Source: Alphaproteobacteria bacterium (GTDB taxonomy: Bacteria; Pseudomonadota; Alphaproteobacteria; G965222575). From it: a stretch of 64,000 nucleotides of DNA. The translations under genes were made by a program, and so were the position numbers. The DNA lies in NCBI GenBank assembly GCA_965222575.1, contig OZ244958.1, positions 384,001 to 448,000 on the forward strand, written 5' to 3'. Below are positions 1-9,460 of this stretch, piece by piece. Within the stretch, counting starts at the first letter, position 1, and each line of letters starts with the position of its first letter. The notes under the pieces were generated by a model. The model was not told where the DNA came from and made no database searches. It saw only the letters and a list, made by a program, of their open reading frames with translations.

Positions 1-5
1 TTCCC

Positions 6-974
6 GTGCCCCTCTACCCCCCCACCACTAGTACCTTAAAAAAAGTAGTAGCCCTTCTCAAAAACGGAGGCATATGCGCCTTGCCAACAGAAACAGTGTA
101 CGGCTTAGCAGCAAGCGCTTTTCATAGTGCAGGCGTGGGAAAAATCTTTGCCCTCAAAGGGCGTCCCCTTCATAAACCACTGATTGTCCATATCGCCTCT
201 CCTGATATCTTATCCTCTTTCGCACACCTGCCCCCCCATCTCAAAGAGACCGTTCAGTCCCTAATAGACGCCTTTTGGCCCGGCGCTCTCACCTTAGTCT
301 TGCCATTGAAAAAACAGACGCCGCTCTCCCCTCTGGTCACAGGAGGACTAAAAACCGTAGCCGTCCGCCTGCCCGCCCACAAAATTATGCAACGTTGTCT
401 CCACCTACTAGGTGCGCCAATAGCCGCCCCTTCCGCTAACCCTTACGGATTCCTAAGCCCCACACGCCCTGCCCATGTCTTAAAAACACTCCCCCAAGAG
501 AGAGCGGAAGACACAGAGGGCTTGTTGATTGTCGAGGATAACACCTCTCCTTGCGGGGTTGAGTCCACTATTTTTTGCCCGCACAGACTGAAAATCTTGC
601 GCCCGGGCAGCATTTCCTCAGAAGAGATCGCTTCAGTACTGAACAAAACCATCTCCACCCTATCCGCCACCTCAAAGAGCGCACTACCCGGGGGAGAGTG
701 CCGCCATTATCAGCCGGCTTTTTCTCTTGTGTTAAATGTGCAACGCCCGCCTTCCGTGATGAAGGCTTCTGAGGTGTTCGTAGGGTTTGGTCCTTGTCAT
801 CAAACAGAGTACAATTTCAGTAAGAAAGGGTGTCTGAAGGAAGCCGCAGCGAATTTTTTTTCTCTGTTACATGCCCTAGAAGACGCCGGCACAACAAAGG
901 CTTACATTGTTCCGATTCCGCAAGAGGGGTTAGGCATCACGTTGAATGATAGGCTAAGGAGAGCTAGTGTATGA
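6..974 (+). CDS. sua5: L-threonylcarbamoyladenylate synthase (Sua5/TsaC)
   Basis: PTETVYGL, KGRP..PLIVH, FWPGALT, AAPSAN, ESTI, LRPG motifs and C-terminal SUA5 domain (LNDRLRRA). Confidence 0.93.
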   Translation: MPLYPPTTSTLKKVVALLKNGGICALPTETVYGLAASAFHSAGVGKIFALKGRPLHKPLIVHIASPDILSSFAHLPPHLKETVQSLIDAFWPGALTLVLPLKKQTPLSPLVTGGLKTVAVRLPAHKIMQRCLHLLGAPIAAPSANPYGFLSPTRPAHVLKTLPQERAEDTEGLLIVEDNTSPCGVESTIFCPHRLKILRPGSISSEEIASVLNKTISTLSATSKSALPGGECRHYQPAFSLVLNVQRPPSVMKASEVFVGFGPCHQTEYNFSKKGCLKEAAANFFSLLHALEDAGTTKAYIVPIPQEGLGITLNDRLRRASV

Positions 975-2320
975 GCAAAGACGCCTTTTCAGATATTTTG
1001 TCTCACCAGCAGATTTTGCCGGGGGATAGGCAGTCTTTTTGTACAGACCTGCGTGGAAAAAGCGTGCCAGCCGCTGTGATTTTACTGCCTAAAAGCACCC
1101 ACGAGGTGTCAAGGATTATCAAGCGTTGTAGCGCAAGACAATTTGCCTTGATACCCCAAGGTGGTCTGAGCGGTCTGTGCGGTGGTGCCTTGCCATCAGA
1201 GCAAGAGCATCGTCCACAAGTCATTTTGTCCCTAAAGCACCTGAACAAAATTTTAGAGTTTTGTCCCCTTAATCGGACTATTACAGCACAAAGCGGTTGC
1301 GTGCTAGAAACACTGCAAGCCGTAGTAGGCAAAAAACAACTTAAATTGCCCTTGGAAATAGGCTCCGCTAACCGCGCGCAACTAGGCGGACTCATCGCCA
1401 CTAACGCAGGCGGCCTATCAGTTCTGTCCCATGGCACCATGAGGGCGCTAACCCTAGCCCTTGAAGTCGTGCTGCCTAACGGTCATATTCTCCCCCTAAC
1501 CCCCCCCGTCCACAAAAATAACGCAGGATACGATATCAAATCCCTGTTCATAGGAAGTGAAGGAACACTAGGCGTCATTACAAAAGCCTCTCTCCTCTTG
1601 CGTAGTAAAACAAAAAAACTCGTGTACAAAGCCCTTTGGTGTCACGACTTATCAGAAGCCCTAGCAGTCTTTCACCGCTTTTACCAAAAAAACGGACACC
1701 TCTTAGAAATTGCCGAAATCTTCAACGATACAATAGCCCGTCTCGCCCACGAAGAAGGAGAGAAAGACGCCTGCCTTCTTCCGCCTGCAGGAAAACAATG
1801 GTGCCTACTCATAGGCACAATAACAGAAACACTGTTCCCCAAAGAGTTCGTCTCAGCCCCAAACCTCCTGAAAGCCCGCCTGAACTTCTCTTATGCCCAA
1901 AGACGCCGTGGTGCCTCCATTAAGCACGATATCGCCCTCCCCCTAAGTTCCCTAGACCCTACCATCAAAAGACTCACACAACGTATCATATCCCTCACGC
2001 CACAGGCTAGCATTATAATCTTCGGTCACTTAGGAGACGGTAGCCTGCATGTGAATGTCTACCCCCAAGGCCTCAAGGCGCCCACACCCCTCCCCACACA
2101 AGAAACACAACACGCTATCACCTCTATGGTGGAAGAAGAAGTCACACGGGCTCACGGCTCTTTCGCAGCAGAACACGGTATCGGACAATACAAAACAACC
2201 TCCCTAAAAAACTTGACACAAGCCCCCTACTTTTCTCTAATGAAAGCACTGAAAACACTGCTAGACCCACACAATATTCTCAACCCGGGCAAAGTGCTGC
2301 CCCTCGAAACAAAACCGTAA
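971..2320 (+). CDS. FAD-binding oxidoreductase (D-2-hydroxyacid dehydrogenase/GlcD-like)
   Basis: PQGG.SGL.GGA, GG.IATNAGG, GYD..SLFIGSEGTLGVIT, FGHLGDGSLH, AEHGIG, DP.NILNPGK. Confidence 0.88.
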   Translation: MSKDAFSDILSHQQILPGDRQSFCTDLRGKSVPAAVILLPKSTHEVSRIIKRCSARQFALIPQGGLSGLCGGALPSEQEHRPQVILSLKHLNKILEFCPLNRTITAQSGCVLETLQAVVGKKQLKLPLEIGSANRAQLGGLIATNAGGLSVLSHGTMRALTLALEVVLPNGHILPLTPPVHKNNAGYDIKSLFIGSEGTLGVITKASLLLRSKTKKLVYKALWCHDLSEALAVFHRFYQKNGHLLEIAEIFNDTIARLAHEEGEKDACLLPPAGKQWCLLIGTITETLFPKEFVSAPNLLKARLNFSYAQRRRGASIKHDIALPLSSLDPTIKRLTQRIISLTPQASIIIFGHLGDGSLHVNVYPQGLKAPTPLPTQETQHAITSMVEEEVTRAHGSFAAEHGIGQYKTTSLKNLTQAPYFSLMKALKTLLDPHNILNPGKVLPLETKP

Positions 2321-2323
2321 GAT

Positions 2324-3094
2324 ATGTTTTCCGCCGTCCTATCTCCCGCGAAATCCTTCAACTTTTCACCCCACCCCTCTTCCCACCAATACACCATTCC
2401 ACCCTTTCTCTCTAAAGCCGATGCCCTCGCCCAATCTCTCGCCTCCCTACCCGCCAAAGAACTCCAAACCTTAATGAAAATCTCTCCAGCCCTAAGCCAA
2501 CTCAATCAAAACCGCTTCTCCTCCTTTAAGCCAAACTGCACAACACCAATTCCCCACCAAAGTCAACAAGCCATTTTTACCTTCTCAGGAGATACCTACC
2601 GCACCCTCAACCCACGCTCCTTCACCCCACGCCAACAACAACAAGCCCAAAAACAACTCACCATCCTATCCGGTCTCTACGGATGCCTGCGTCCCCTAGA
2701 CTGCATACAACCCCATCGCTTGGAAATGAGCACACGCTTCCAACAAAATGCGCCTATGTCCTCAGTCTGGCAAGACATTATCACCCCTTGGCTCAATGAA
2801 AGACTAAAAACAAGCCTAGCACTCTTAATACTCGCATCAAAAGAATACAGAAAAGCCCTCAAAAAAGAAAACATTAACAAGCCCGTCATCACCATAGACT
2901 TCCTAGTAGACAAAGGACACCAAGGACTCAAAACCATCGGCGTCATCGCAAAAAAAGCCCGCGGTCTGTTCGCCCGCTTCATTGTTCAGGAAAATCCCTC
3001 TTCAATAAAAGCCTTACAACAATTTAAGACCGAAGGATGGAGGTTTAACGCCTCCCTTACCACCCCCGAATCCCTAGTCTTCGTTCGGTACTAA
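2324..3094 (+). CDS. yaaA: YaaA family peroxide stress protein
   Basis: LSPAK, LMKIS, ILSGLYG.LRPLD.IQP.RLEM, AKKARG motifs. Confidence 0.9.
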   Translation: MFSAVLSPAKSFNFSPHPSSHQYTIPPFLSKADALAQSLASLPAKELQTLMKISPALSQLNQNRFSSFKPNCTTPIPHQSQQAIFTFSGDTYRTLNPRSFTPRQQQQAQKQLTILSGLYGCLRPLDCIQPHRLEMSTRFQQNAPMSSVWQDIITPWLNERLKTSLALLILASKEYRKALKKENINKPVITIDFLVDKGHQGLKTIGVIAKKARGLFARFIVQENPSSIKALQQFKTEGWRFNASLTTPESLVFVRY

Positions 3095-3909
3095 AGCGAA
3101 ATCGAGCAATACTCCTTCGGCACAAAAATATCCACAGCCCCCAAGGGCATTGCCCCTAAGGGCGTTATTGGCAACGGAAGAGAAAGTACAAATCGCCCCC
3201 CCAAAGGACTAGTAATATCAACGGTATCCGTAAACACAATGCTATCCGCACCTTCTTCAACATCCTTCCAAGAGAGATCAGCATCCGCTACGAGTTTGTC
3301 ACTGTTATTCCCTTGTGAGAAGGTCACAGAAGCAGGAGACGTGCCAAGCGGCGTCTGTCCATTGAAGAGTACCGCATAGGCAATAGGCTTTCTTTTAGGA
3401 TAAACATTGTGAACAAGATACTCCAAGAGAAAGGCAGCAGTTTCAGGAGGCGTTGAAGAAAGCCCAATAGTCAGACTTTCTCTCGGAATAAGATAAAACT
3501 GCCCATTTTGGGGAGATTGGGCACTAACAAGAGGCTTGGAACAAAGGGGACGCCTGTTTTCATCAGCTACCACAAGATAAGCAATCTCATCCCACCCCGC
3601 CGTGGCATCTTGAATTGGTCCAAAACGGATATCATTGAGATTGGTGACATAAGCCTGTATCCTTCCGAAATGCCCCCACCCCTTTTGCTCATAGCGGACT
3701 TTTGAGAAGTTGATGCGTTGAGGCTGATAGTCCCCTTCACTGGAAAAAGCCCTACTTGCAACAGCGTCATCGCTAGACAAGTCTGTCACTGTAAGCGCGG
3801 GCTCTGTTTTTAACAGATGGGCATAGCACGCTAAAGGGGCTTGCTCCGCAATGTTGCCTTGATTACAGATCGTTAAGAGCTGGTCGCGAATCGTATTGAA
3901 AAAATTCAT
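3091..3909 (-). CDS. Hypothetical protein with two tandem domains resembling small phage tail-associated proteins
   Basis: 272-aa ORF with RBS-like GAGGAGGG; pattern Y.PQ.I.F...TN..DIRF...T.GW..I....V.D....L....L......G....IP..SL.I.L appears repeated in degenerate form; recognised by eye only. Confidence 0.5.
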   Translation of the reverse strand: MNFFNTIRDQLLTICNQGNIAEQAPLACYAHLLKTEPALTVTDLSSDDAVASRAFSSEGDYQPQRINFSKVRYEQKGWGHFGRIQAYVTNLNDIRFGPIQDATAGWDEIAYLVVADENRRPLCSKPLVSAQSPQNGQFYLIPRESLTIGLSSTPPETAAFLLEYLVHNVYPKRKPIAYAVLFNGQTPLGTSPASVTFSQGNNSDKLVADADLSWKDVEEGADSIVFTDTVDITSPLGGRFVLSLPLPITPLGAMPLGAVDIFVPKEYCSISL

Positions 3910-4022
3910 ACCCTCCTCTTTAGGTAAGCCTCAGACCATCATAAGAAAGGAGGGGAAATCCATATTAGAGGCACTTAGAACCCTTTAGCACTACTCAAAT
4001 GAAAAGAGACCTAAAGGCCTAG

Positions 4023-4378
4023 AGACCTTGGGGAACCCGTAAGCCGGATTCTGTTTACAATGGCTATTCCTCTAGCATCAGCCTTACAGCATGATGTCCT
4101 GCGACCTACCCGCCCTTTGCTGGAATAAAGCACTATAGGGTCCTTTGGTCTTGCTCCCGGTGGGGTTTACACTGCCTCTTTTGTTGCCAAACGAGCGGTG
4201 CGCTCTTACCGCACCATTTCACCATTGCCTAGAAACACAAAAACATGCCCTAGGCTGTTTGTTTTCTGTTGCACTTTCCCTGAGGTTCCCCTCGCCGGAC
4301 GTTAACCGGCACCGCTATTCCATGGAGTCCGGACTTTCCTCCAGATTGCTCTGGCAACCATCCAGTTTCCCAAGGCCT
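4023..4378 (-). ncRNA. rnpB: RNase P RNA (type A)
   Basis: Minus strand has GAGGAAAGTCCGG near the 5' end, AGTGCAACAGAAA internally, ACAGAATCCGGCTTAC near the 3' end, and complementary termini (P1). Confidence 0.95.
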
Positions 4379-4509
4379 CCCTTTACCCGTAACACAACAA
4401 ACAGGAAAACACAAGAGGAAGAGATGTTTTTAATTCACGCCCCTTATTCACTCACTGCTTGAAATTGTTGAGAAGGGCTAGCCCCTAAGGGGTTCCCCTA
4501 GCCAATCCC

Positions 4510-5244
4510 TTACGGATTATGAGGAATGGTTCCTCCTCTGTTTGTGTCGATATCATCTATACCATAGACAGTAATGCGCAGGGTGCCTAGTAATTTCGAG
4601 GCATCTTTAATATTATGCTTTGTTCTGTAAGCAAAAAACTTCACCGGGTCACTCACTGTTAACTTTCCATAAACTGTGATTGTCCTTGCGTCTCCAACAT
4701 TTCCCAAGGCGGGTGGGTAACTACCATGTTCAAATAGCAAATAGTTCACCTCTTTCTCAAGAGGCTTAAACACCTCCAGTGGAGCAATCTGATTCCTCCT
4801 ACTCCCAGTGGACTGCTTCAGAGTGCCCCTGCCGCTGGTTTTTTTTAAAGTTAACTCTAACGCCACTCCCGCCTCTTTCAAATTAAGAGACCCCTCAATA
4901 TATGAAACCTTTATAAATGCATAAGAGCTATAAGTTGTCGAAGTACCAAACCCCCCGAAAACTTCCACCTCCGGTGCAAAAGTGAATACCCCTACCTGTG
5001 CCCAGTTACCAACAGGAGTGGCATTCTCACATTCTGTGATTCCATTCTCGTCTAACGCACACTCAATATTTTCCCCTTGATTCAGTTGTATCGGGGTCAC
5101 AGTATAAGCCCCAAAGTTTAGGTGTGTATCTACTGTAATGTCAAGCGCCGCTGCTAAGAGGAGTTGCCCTCCTAAGAGGAAACCTCCTAGGAGGAAACCT
5201 CCTATGGCAAGGTAACTGATAGAGATTTTGAAAGTCTTTTTCAT
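4510..5244 (-). CDS. Secreted fimbrial-subunit-like protein (DUF4402/Csu-like N-terminus), paralog copy 1
   Basis: Signal peptide, DITVDTHLNFG motif, conserved Cys pair; blocks near-identical to 7703..8407 and 11663..12401; fold assignment is inference. Confidence 0.65.
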   Translation of the reverse strand: MKKTFKISISYLAIGGFLLGGFLLGGQLLLAAALDITVDTHLNFGAYTVTPIQLNQGENIECALDENGITECENATPVGNWAQVGVFTFAPEVEVFGGFGTSTTYSSYAFIKVSYIEGSLNLKEAGVALELTLKKTSGRGTLKQSTGSRRNQIAPLEVFKPLEKEVNYLLFEHGSYPPALGNVGDARTITVYGKLTVSDPVKFFAYRTKHNIKDASKLLGTLRITVYGIDDIDTNRGGTIPHNP

Positions 5245-5280
5245 TGTCTATAGGCTCCTTTGTTGATGTTGCCTATAGAC

Positions 5281-5451
5281 GGGTTGCCTATAGACGGGTT
5301 GCCTATATAATAGGACAATTCCAAGCCCCTTGTCAAGACCCCCTAGGGGGGGGAAATCCTACTCCCTACGGACTTTATTGGGGGGGGAAACCCCTCCGCA
5401 AGAGTTTACTTGGGGGCAAGCCCCTAGGGGCAACCCGTCTATAGGCAACCC
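5281..5451. repeat. 171-bp element bounded by a perfect 23-bp inverted repeat (GGGTTGCCTATAGACGGGTTGCC)
   Basis: 5281..5303 is the exact reverse complement of 5429..5451; interior holds a promoter and CCCTAGGG palindromes. Confidence 0.9.
5307..5336 (-). promoter_or_regulatory. sigma70-type promoter of paralog copy 1
   Basis: Minus strand TTGACA-N18-TATTAT about 60 bp upstream of the ATG; identical in copy 3. Confidence 0.65.
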
Positions 5452-5541
5452 CATGGCACTCATAAAAACTTCCTACTTGATATTCTCTCTTTTACAAGTA
5501 CTGTATAACAACAAAAGAAAATTCCTTACGCAAAGACCGGC

Positions 5542-6276
5542 ATGAGATTCCTCAGCACCTCACTTTTTGTACACCTGCTAGTGATTTGGCTCACCTACAA
5601 CGTTACCCCTACGCCCTTTGAGTTTCTACAGCAAAACATAGACCTCTCTTTCCTCCCCCTTCCCCCCCCGCCGCCGCTCCCACCAGAGAACCGACCACCG
5701 CCCCCGCCAGAAGAGCCTCCACCGCCCCCTGTTGAAGAAGAAGTGCATAGCCCTTCCATCTTGCCTGCACCGCGCCCGCCTATCAAAAAACCTTTAGGCC
5801 CGCCTCCCATTCCTAAAATCCAAGAAGTCAAAAAACCGCCCCCGCTAGAAGAACCGCCCCCTGTCAAAATTCGGACTTACTCCAAAATAGAAGACCTACT
5901 CAAAGAGACCAAGCCCCCGCCAAAGCCTACAAAAAAAATCCTCCTCCCGCAAAAACTCACAGAACAAGAAATTGTGTACTTAAAAACCCATATCCGCAAG
6001 TATTGGAAATGGCCTGAAAACATGCCTTTATCGGAACTGGAGGATGTGTATATTGTTGTCGCTTTTTCATTGAAAGAGACAGGATTATTTGCTACACTAC
6101 CCCGAGTCATAGAAAAAAGCTTTGTCTCAGAAAATCATCAGGGCTACTTGGAGGCTTTTGAACAAAGTGTCTTGCGTTCACTTTTAGGAGCCGCTCCTCT
6201 TCCAGTCCCTAGAAACAAATATACCTTATGGAAAAACATGGAATTAACCTTTTATCTACAAGAATTATTGCCATGA
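5542..6276 (+). CDS. tolA: TolA-like energy transducer
   Basis: N-terminal TM with S..VH, Pro-rich linker, C-terminal TolA/TonB-like domain; ATGA overlap with tolB. Confidence 0.75.
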   Translation: MRFLSTSLFVHLLVIWLTYNVTPTPFEFLQQNIDLSFLPLPPPPPLPPENRPPPPPEEPPPPPVEEEVHSPSILPAPRPPIKKPLGPPPIPKIQEVKKPPPLEEPPPVKIRTYSKIEDLLKETKPPPKPTKKILLPQKLTEQEIVYLKTHIRKYWKWPENMPLSELEDVYIVVAFSLKETGLFATLPRVIEKSFVSENHQGYLEAFEQSVLRSLLGAAPLPVPRNKYTLWKNMELTFYLQELLP

Positions 6277-7598
6277 TGGTGTGGTCTTCTTTTAAGAAAT
6301 GGCTGAAAGTCGGTTGTTATGCTCTGTTGTGCGTACACCTTCAGAGTGAAGGGGTTGTCCGTCTTCAGATTGGGTCGCCTTCGTTTTCGCCCTTCCCCAT
6401 AGGCATTGAGGATTTTCACGGAGAAGAAGAGGAGATGCGTACCATAGGGCGTGAGATATCGTCCATTGTCCGGGGGAATTTATTAAAAACGGGCTTTTTT
6501 CACCACCCCCCTCTTGAGCAGGCAGAGTCCTCCTTACAGATACCGGATTATGCTCTTTTAGAGGAGAAGGGGTTTCAGGTTCTCGCCACAGGAACAGTCA
6601 CACAAGCCGCCGGCTCAGAGATAATTGTTCTCTTTCGGCTTTGGGACATTTTTTCCAAGAGTCAACTCAAGGCTTATCGTTTTAAGGGCACTACGCGACT
6701 GGTAGCTCATAGAATATCAGATATGATCTATGAAGAGTTAACAGGACTAAAGGGGGATTTTTCCACCACAATCGCCTTTATAGCCGAAACGAAAAAAGCA
6801 AAACGCACAATCAAACGCCTAGCCCTTATGGACCAAGATGGTCATAACATACGGTACTTAACCGATGGGAGCTTCTTAGTCCTAACACCGCAATTCGCCC
6901 CCAATGGATATCTTTTGTCCTATTTTTCCTACAAAAATAAAGTGCCCCAGGTCGTCATCTTGAACTTAGAAACGCGAAAAGAAACAGTGCTAGAAGCACA
7001 AGGTATGACCTTTGCTCCTCGATTCTCCCCCGATAGCAACCGCATCGCCTTCGCGTTGGAAAAAGAAGGAAACTCTGACCTGTATTTGACCTCACTAGAC
7101 ACAGGCAAGCAGCACCGCCTCACCCGCCACTTCGGAATCGATACCTCCCCAAGCTTTAACCCAAGCGGCGAATACTTGGTCTTCAATTCCGACCGCAGTG
7201 GCGCTCCGCAGCTCTACGTCATGCACATAAAAGAAGGAAGAAGCAAAAGAATTACCTTTCGTCAAGGACACTATCTCGCACCCACTTGGTCTCCACGCGG
7301 CGACTTAATCGCCTTCACAAAACGAAAGGAGGGTGCCTTCCACTTAGGCGTTATGAGGCCAGATGGCACAGGAGAAAGACTCCTAACTTCAGGACACCTA
7401 GATGATACTCCTACCTTTTCCCCTAATGGACAGGTCTTGCTCTTCAGTCGCCTAGTGGGGAAAAGCTATCACCTGTTTTCCATAGACATTTCCGGACGCT
7501 TCTTACGCAAACACACCCTCCCCCATGAAGCCTCTGACCCCACTTGGTCTCCACGAAAAGTTGGCACTTCTCCATCCTCCTCTAGGGGGAACCCCTAG
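6273..7598 (+). CDS. tolB: Tol-Pal beta-propeller protein TolB
   Basis: AHRISD.IYE.LTG..GDF.T.IAF, LALMDQDG, repeated PD40 motifs (APRFSPD, TSPSFNP, APTWSPRG). Confidence 0.93.
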   Translation: MMVWSSFKKWLKVGCYALLCVHLQSEGVVRLQIGSPSFSPFPIGIEDFHGEEEEMRTIGREISSIVRGNLLKTGFFHHPPLEQAESSLQIPDYALLEEKGFQVLATGTVTQAAGSEIIVLFRLWDIFSKSQLKAYRFKGTTRLVAHRISDMIYEELTGLKGDFSTTIAFIAETKKAKRTIKRLALMDQDGHNIRYLTDGSFLVLTPQFAPNGYLLSYFSYKNKVPQVVILNLETRKETVLEAQGMTFAPRFSPDSNRIAFALEKEGNSDLYLTSLDTGKQHRLTRHFGIDTSPSFNPSGEYLVFNSDRSGAPQLYVMHIKEGRSKRITFRQGHYLAPTWSPRGDLIAFTKRKEGAFHLGVMRPDGTGERLLTSGHLDDTPTFSPNGQVLLFSRLVGKSYHLFSIDISGRFLRKHTLPHEASDPTWSPRKVGTSPSSSRGNP

Positions 7599-7702
7599 GG
7601 GCTAGGGGGCTAGCCCCCCCCTAAAGGTCAAGAAAGTCCCCCACGCACCCTAAGTGTGCTTAAAAACTTGAAGCTTGAAGCTTGTCGCTTGAAGCTTGTC
7701 GC

Positions 7703-8407
7703 TTAATCGGTTGATGGAAATAAGTCCTTATGCTCACTATTAACCTCAAAAGCCAATGTGCCTAGTAATTTCGAGGCATCTTTAATATTATGCTTTGTTC
7801 TGTAAGCAAAAAACTTCAACGGGTCACTCACTATTAACTTCCCATAAACTTTGATTGTCTTTGGGGCGCTAGCGAGGATTGCACTTCTGTATACAAAACT
7901 ACCATCGATATACGCTAAATATGCCACCGGTGACTCAAGGGGCTTAAACACCGCCAGTGTAGTGTTAGTAGTCCCTCCAGAAAACAACGTATACAGCCCG
8001 CGCGTTGCATAAAAATGTAACTCTAACTCCACCCCTGCCTCTTTCAAATTAACAGACCCCTCAATATACGAAACCTTCATATATACAGTCTGCACCCGAT
8101 AGTCGGTGGGGTAAAGTCTTATAGAATCCGGCGAAATAGTGAATTCCCCTACCTGTGCCCAATCCCCGTAAGGAGTGGCATTCTTACATTCTGTGGTGTT
8201 GGCGTCATCACGCTTTAAGTCACACTCAATATTTTCCCCTTGATTGAGTTGTATTGGGGTCACAGTATAAGCCCCAAAGTTTAGGTGTGAAACTACGGCA
8301 ATGTCAGGCTCCACTGCTAAGAGGAGTTGCCCTCCTAAGAGGAAACCTCCTAGGAGGAAACCTCCTATGGCAAGGTAACTGATAGAGATTTTGAAAGTCT
8401 TTTTCAT
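7703..8407 (-). CDS. Secreted fimbrial-subunit-like protein, paralog copy 2
   Basis: Signal peptide identical to copy 1; shared HLNFGAYTVTPIQLNQGE and KFFAYRTKHNIKDASKLLGTL blocks; divergent central regions. Confidence 0.65.
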   Translation of the reverse strand: MKKTFKISISYLAIGGFLLGGFLLGGQLLLAVEPDIAVVSHLNFGAYTVTPIQLNQGENIECDLKRDDANTTECKNATPYGDWAQVGEFTISPDSIRLYPTDYRVQTVYMKVSYIEGSVNLKEAGVELELHFYATRGLYTLFSGGTTNTTLAVFKPLESPVAYLAYIDGSFVYRSAILASAPKTIKVYGKLIVSDPLKFFAYRTKHNIKDASKLLGTLAFEVNSEHKDLFPSTD

Positions 8408-8622
8408 TGTCTATAGGCTCCTTTGTTGATGTTGCCTATAGACGGGTTGCCTATAGACGGGTTGCCTATACGGGTTGGACAATTCCAAGCCCCTTGTCAA
8501 GACCCCCTAGGGGGGGAAAAAACCCTAGGGGGCCTATAGAAAACCCTAGGGGGCTAGCCCCTCCGCAAGAGTTTACTTGGGGGCTAGCCCCTAGGGGCAA
8601 CCCCCTAGGGAGAACCCCCCCC
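8408..8622. repeat. Shared upstream element of paralog copy 2 (15-bp GTTGCCTATAGACGG repeats, CCCTAGGG palindromes)
   Basis: Near-identical in blocks to 5245..5437; -35 retained at 8495..8500 but -10 position replaced by CGGGTT. Confidence 0.85.
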
Positions 8623-8718
8623 TACACCAACTTCAGAAAGCTCAATCACAAGAGGAAGAGTCCTTGAGTAGAGACAGTAAGTTTGTTAAAGTCTTTTAAG
8701 GGAAGACTTTCTGTTATG

Positions 8719-9432
8719 ATGGCTGGTCATTCAAAATTTAAGAACATTATGCACCGTAAGGGGGCACAAGATGCGAAACGCGGAAAGGCGTTTGCGCGTA
8801 CTGTACGCAACATTACCATAGCCGCACGCTCAAACCCAGACCCCAATACTAATGCCGCCTTGCGAACAGCTATCAGTGTTGCGAAAACGCTCAACATGCC
8901 AAAGGACAATATAGAAAAGGCTATTATGAGTGCTACGCTGAAAGAGAGTCAGGATTTAGAGTCTGTCATTTATGAGGGCTATGGCCCCGGGGGGGTGGCT
9001 TTGATGATAGAAGCTGTAACCGATAACAAAAACCGCACAGTGAGTATGGTGCGGTCTACACTTTCAAAATATGGAGGGACTCTAGGGGAAACAGGCAGTG
9101 TGCGGTTTTTATTTGACAGATTAGGGCTAATCACCTATCAAAAGCCTACCATAGAGGATTTTGAGACCTTTTTTGATACAGCCTGCCGCCAGGGGGCTTA
9201 TGATTGCTCAATGGAAGAACACACCATTGAGGTGCTGTCTTTGCCAGGGGATTTTCACTCCTTACTCACCTCCTTAGAGGAGACCTTCGGCTCTCCGCAA
9301 CAGGCTTCTTTAACATGGATTGCGAAAACCCAACTGCCTGCCCTAGACGAAAAACAGAGCCAACAACTGGAAAAAATCTTTGAAAAATTAGAGGAAAATA
9401 ACGATATACAAAATATTTGTGTTAATCTATAA
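8719..9432 (+). CDS. yebC: YebC/PmpR family regulator
   Basis: MAGHSKF.NIMHRKGAQD, YEGYGPGG, TDNKNRT. Confidence 0.95.
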   Translation: MAGHSKFKNIMHRKGAQDAKRGKAFARTVRNITIAARSNPDPNTNAALRTAISVAKTLNMPKDNIEKAIMSATLKESQDLESVIYEGYGPGGVALMIEAVTDNKNRTVSMVRSTLSKYGGTLGETGSVRFLFDRLGLITYQKPTIEDFETFFDTACRQGAYDCSMEEHTIEVLSLPGDFHSLLTSLEETFGSPQQASLTWIAKTQLPALDEKQSQQLEKIFEKLEENNDIQNICVNL

Positions 9433-9460
9433 CCCATTCATGAGGAGAACTAGACTAAAG

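Noticed and set aside
3985-4015. CIRCE-like TTAGCACT sequence
   Set aside because: Second arm does not match GAGTGCTAA at 9-bp spacing and no heat-shock gene follows
4145-4462. 105-aa ORF
   Set aside because: Antisense to RNase P RNA
5244-5545. Small ORFs upstream of the paralog cassettes (also 8407..8667)
   Set aside because: Translations of the repeat/promoter element (VAYRR repeats) with no RBS or coding signal
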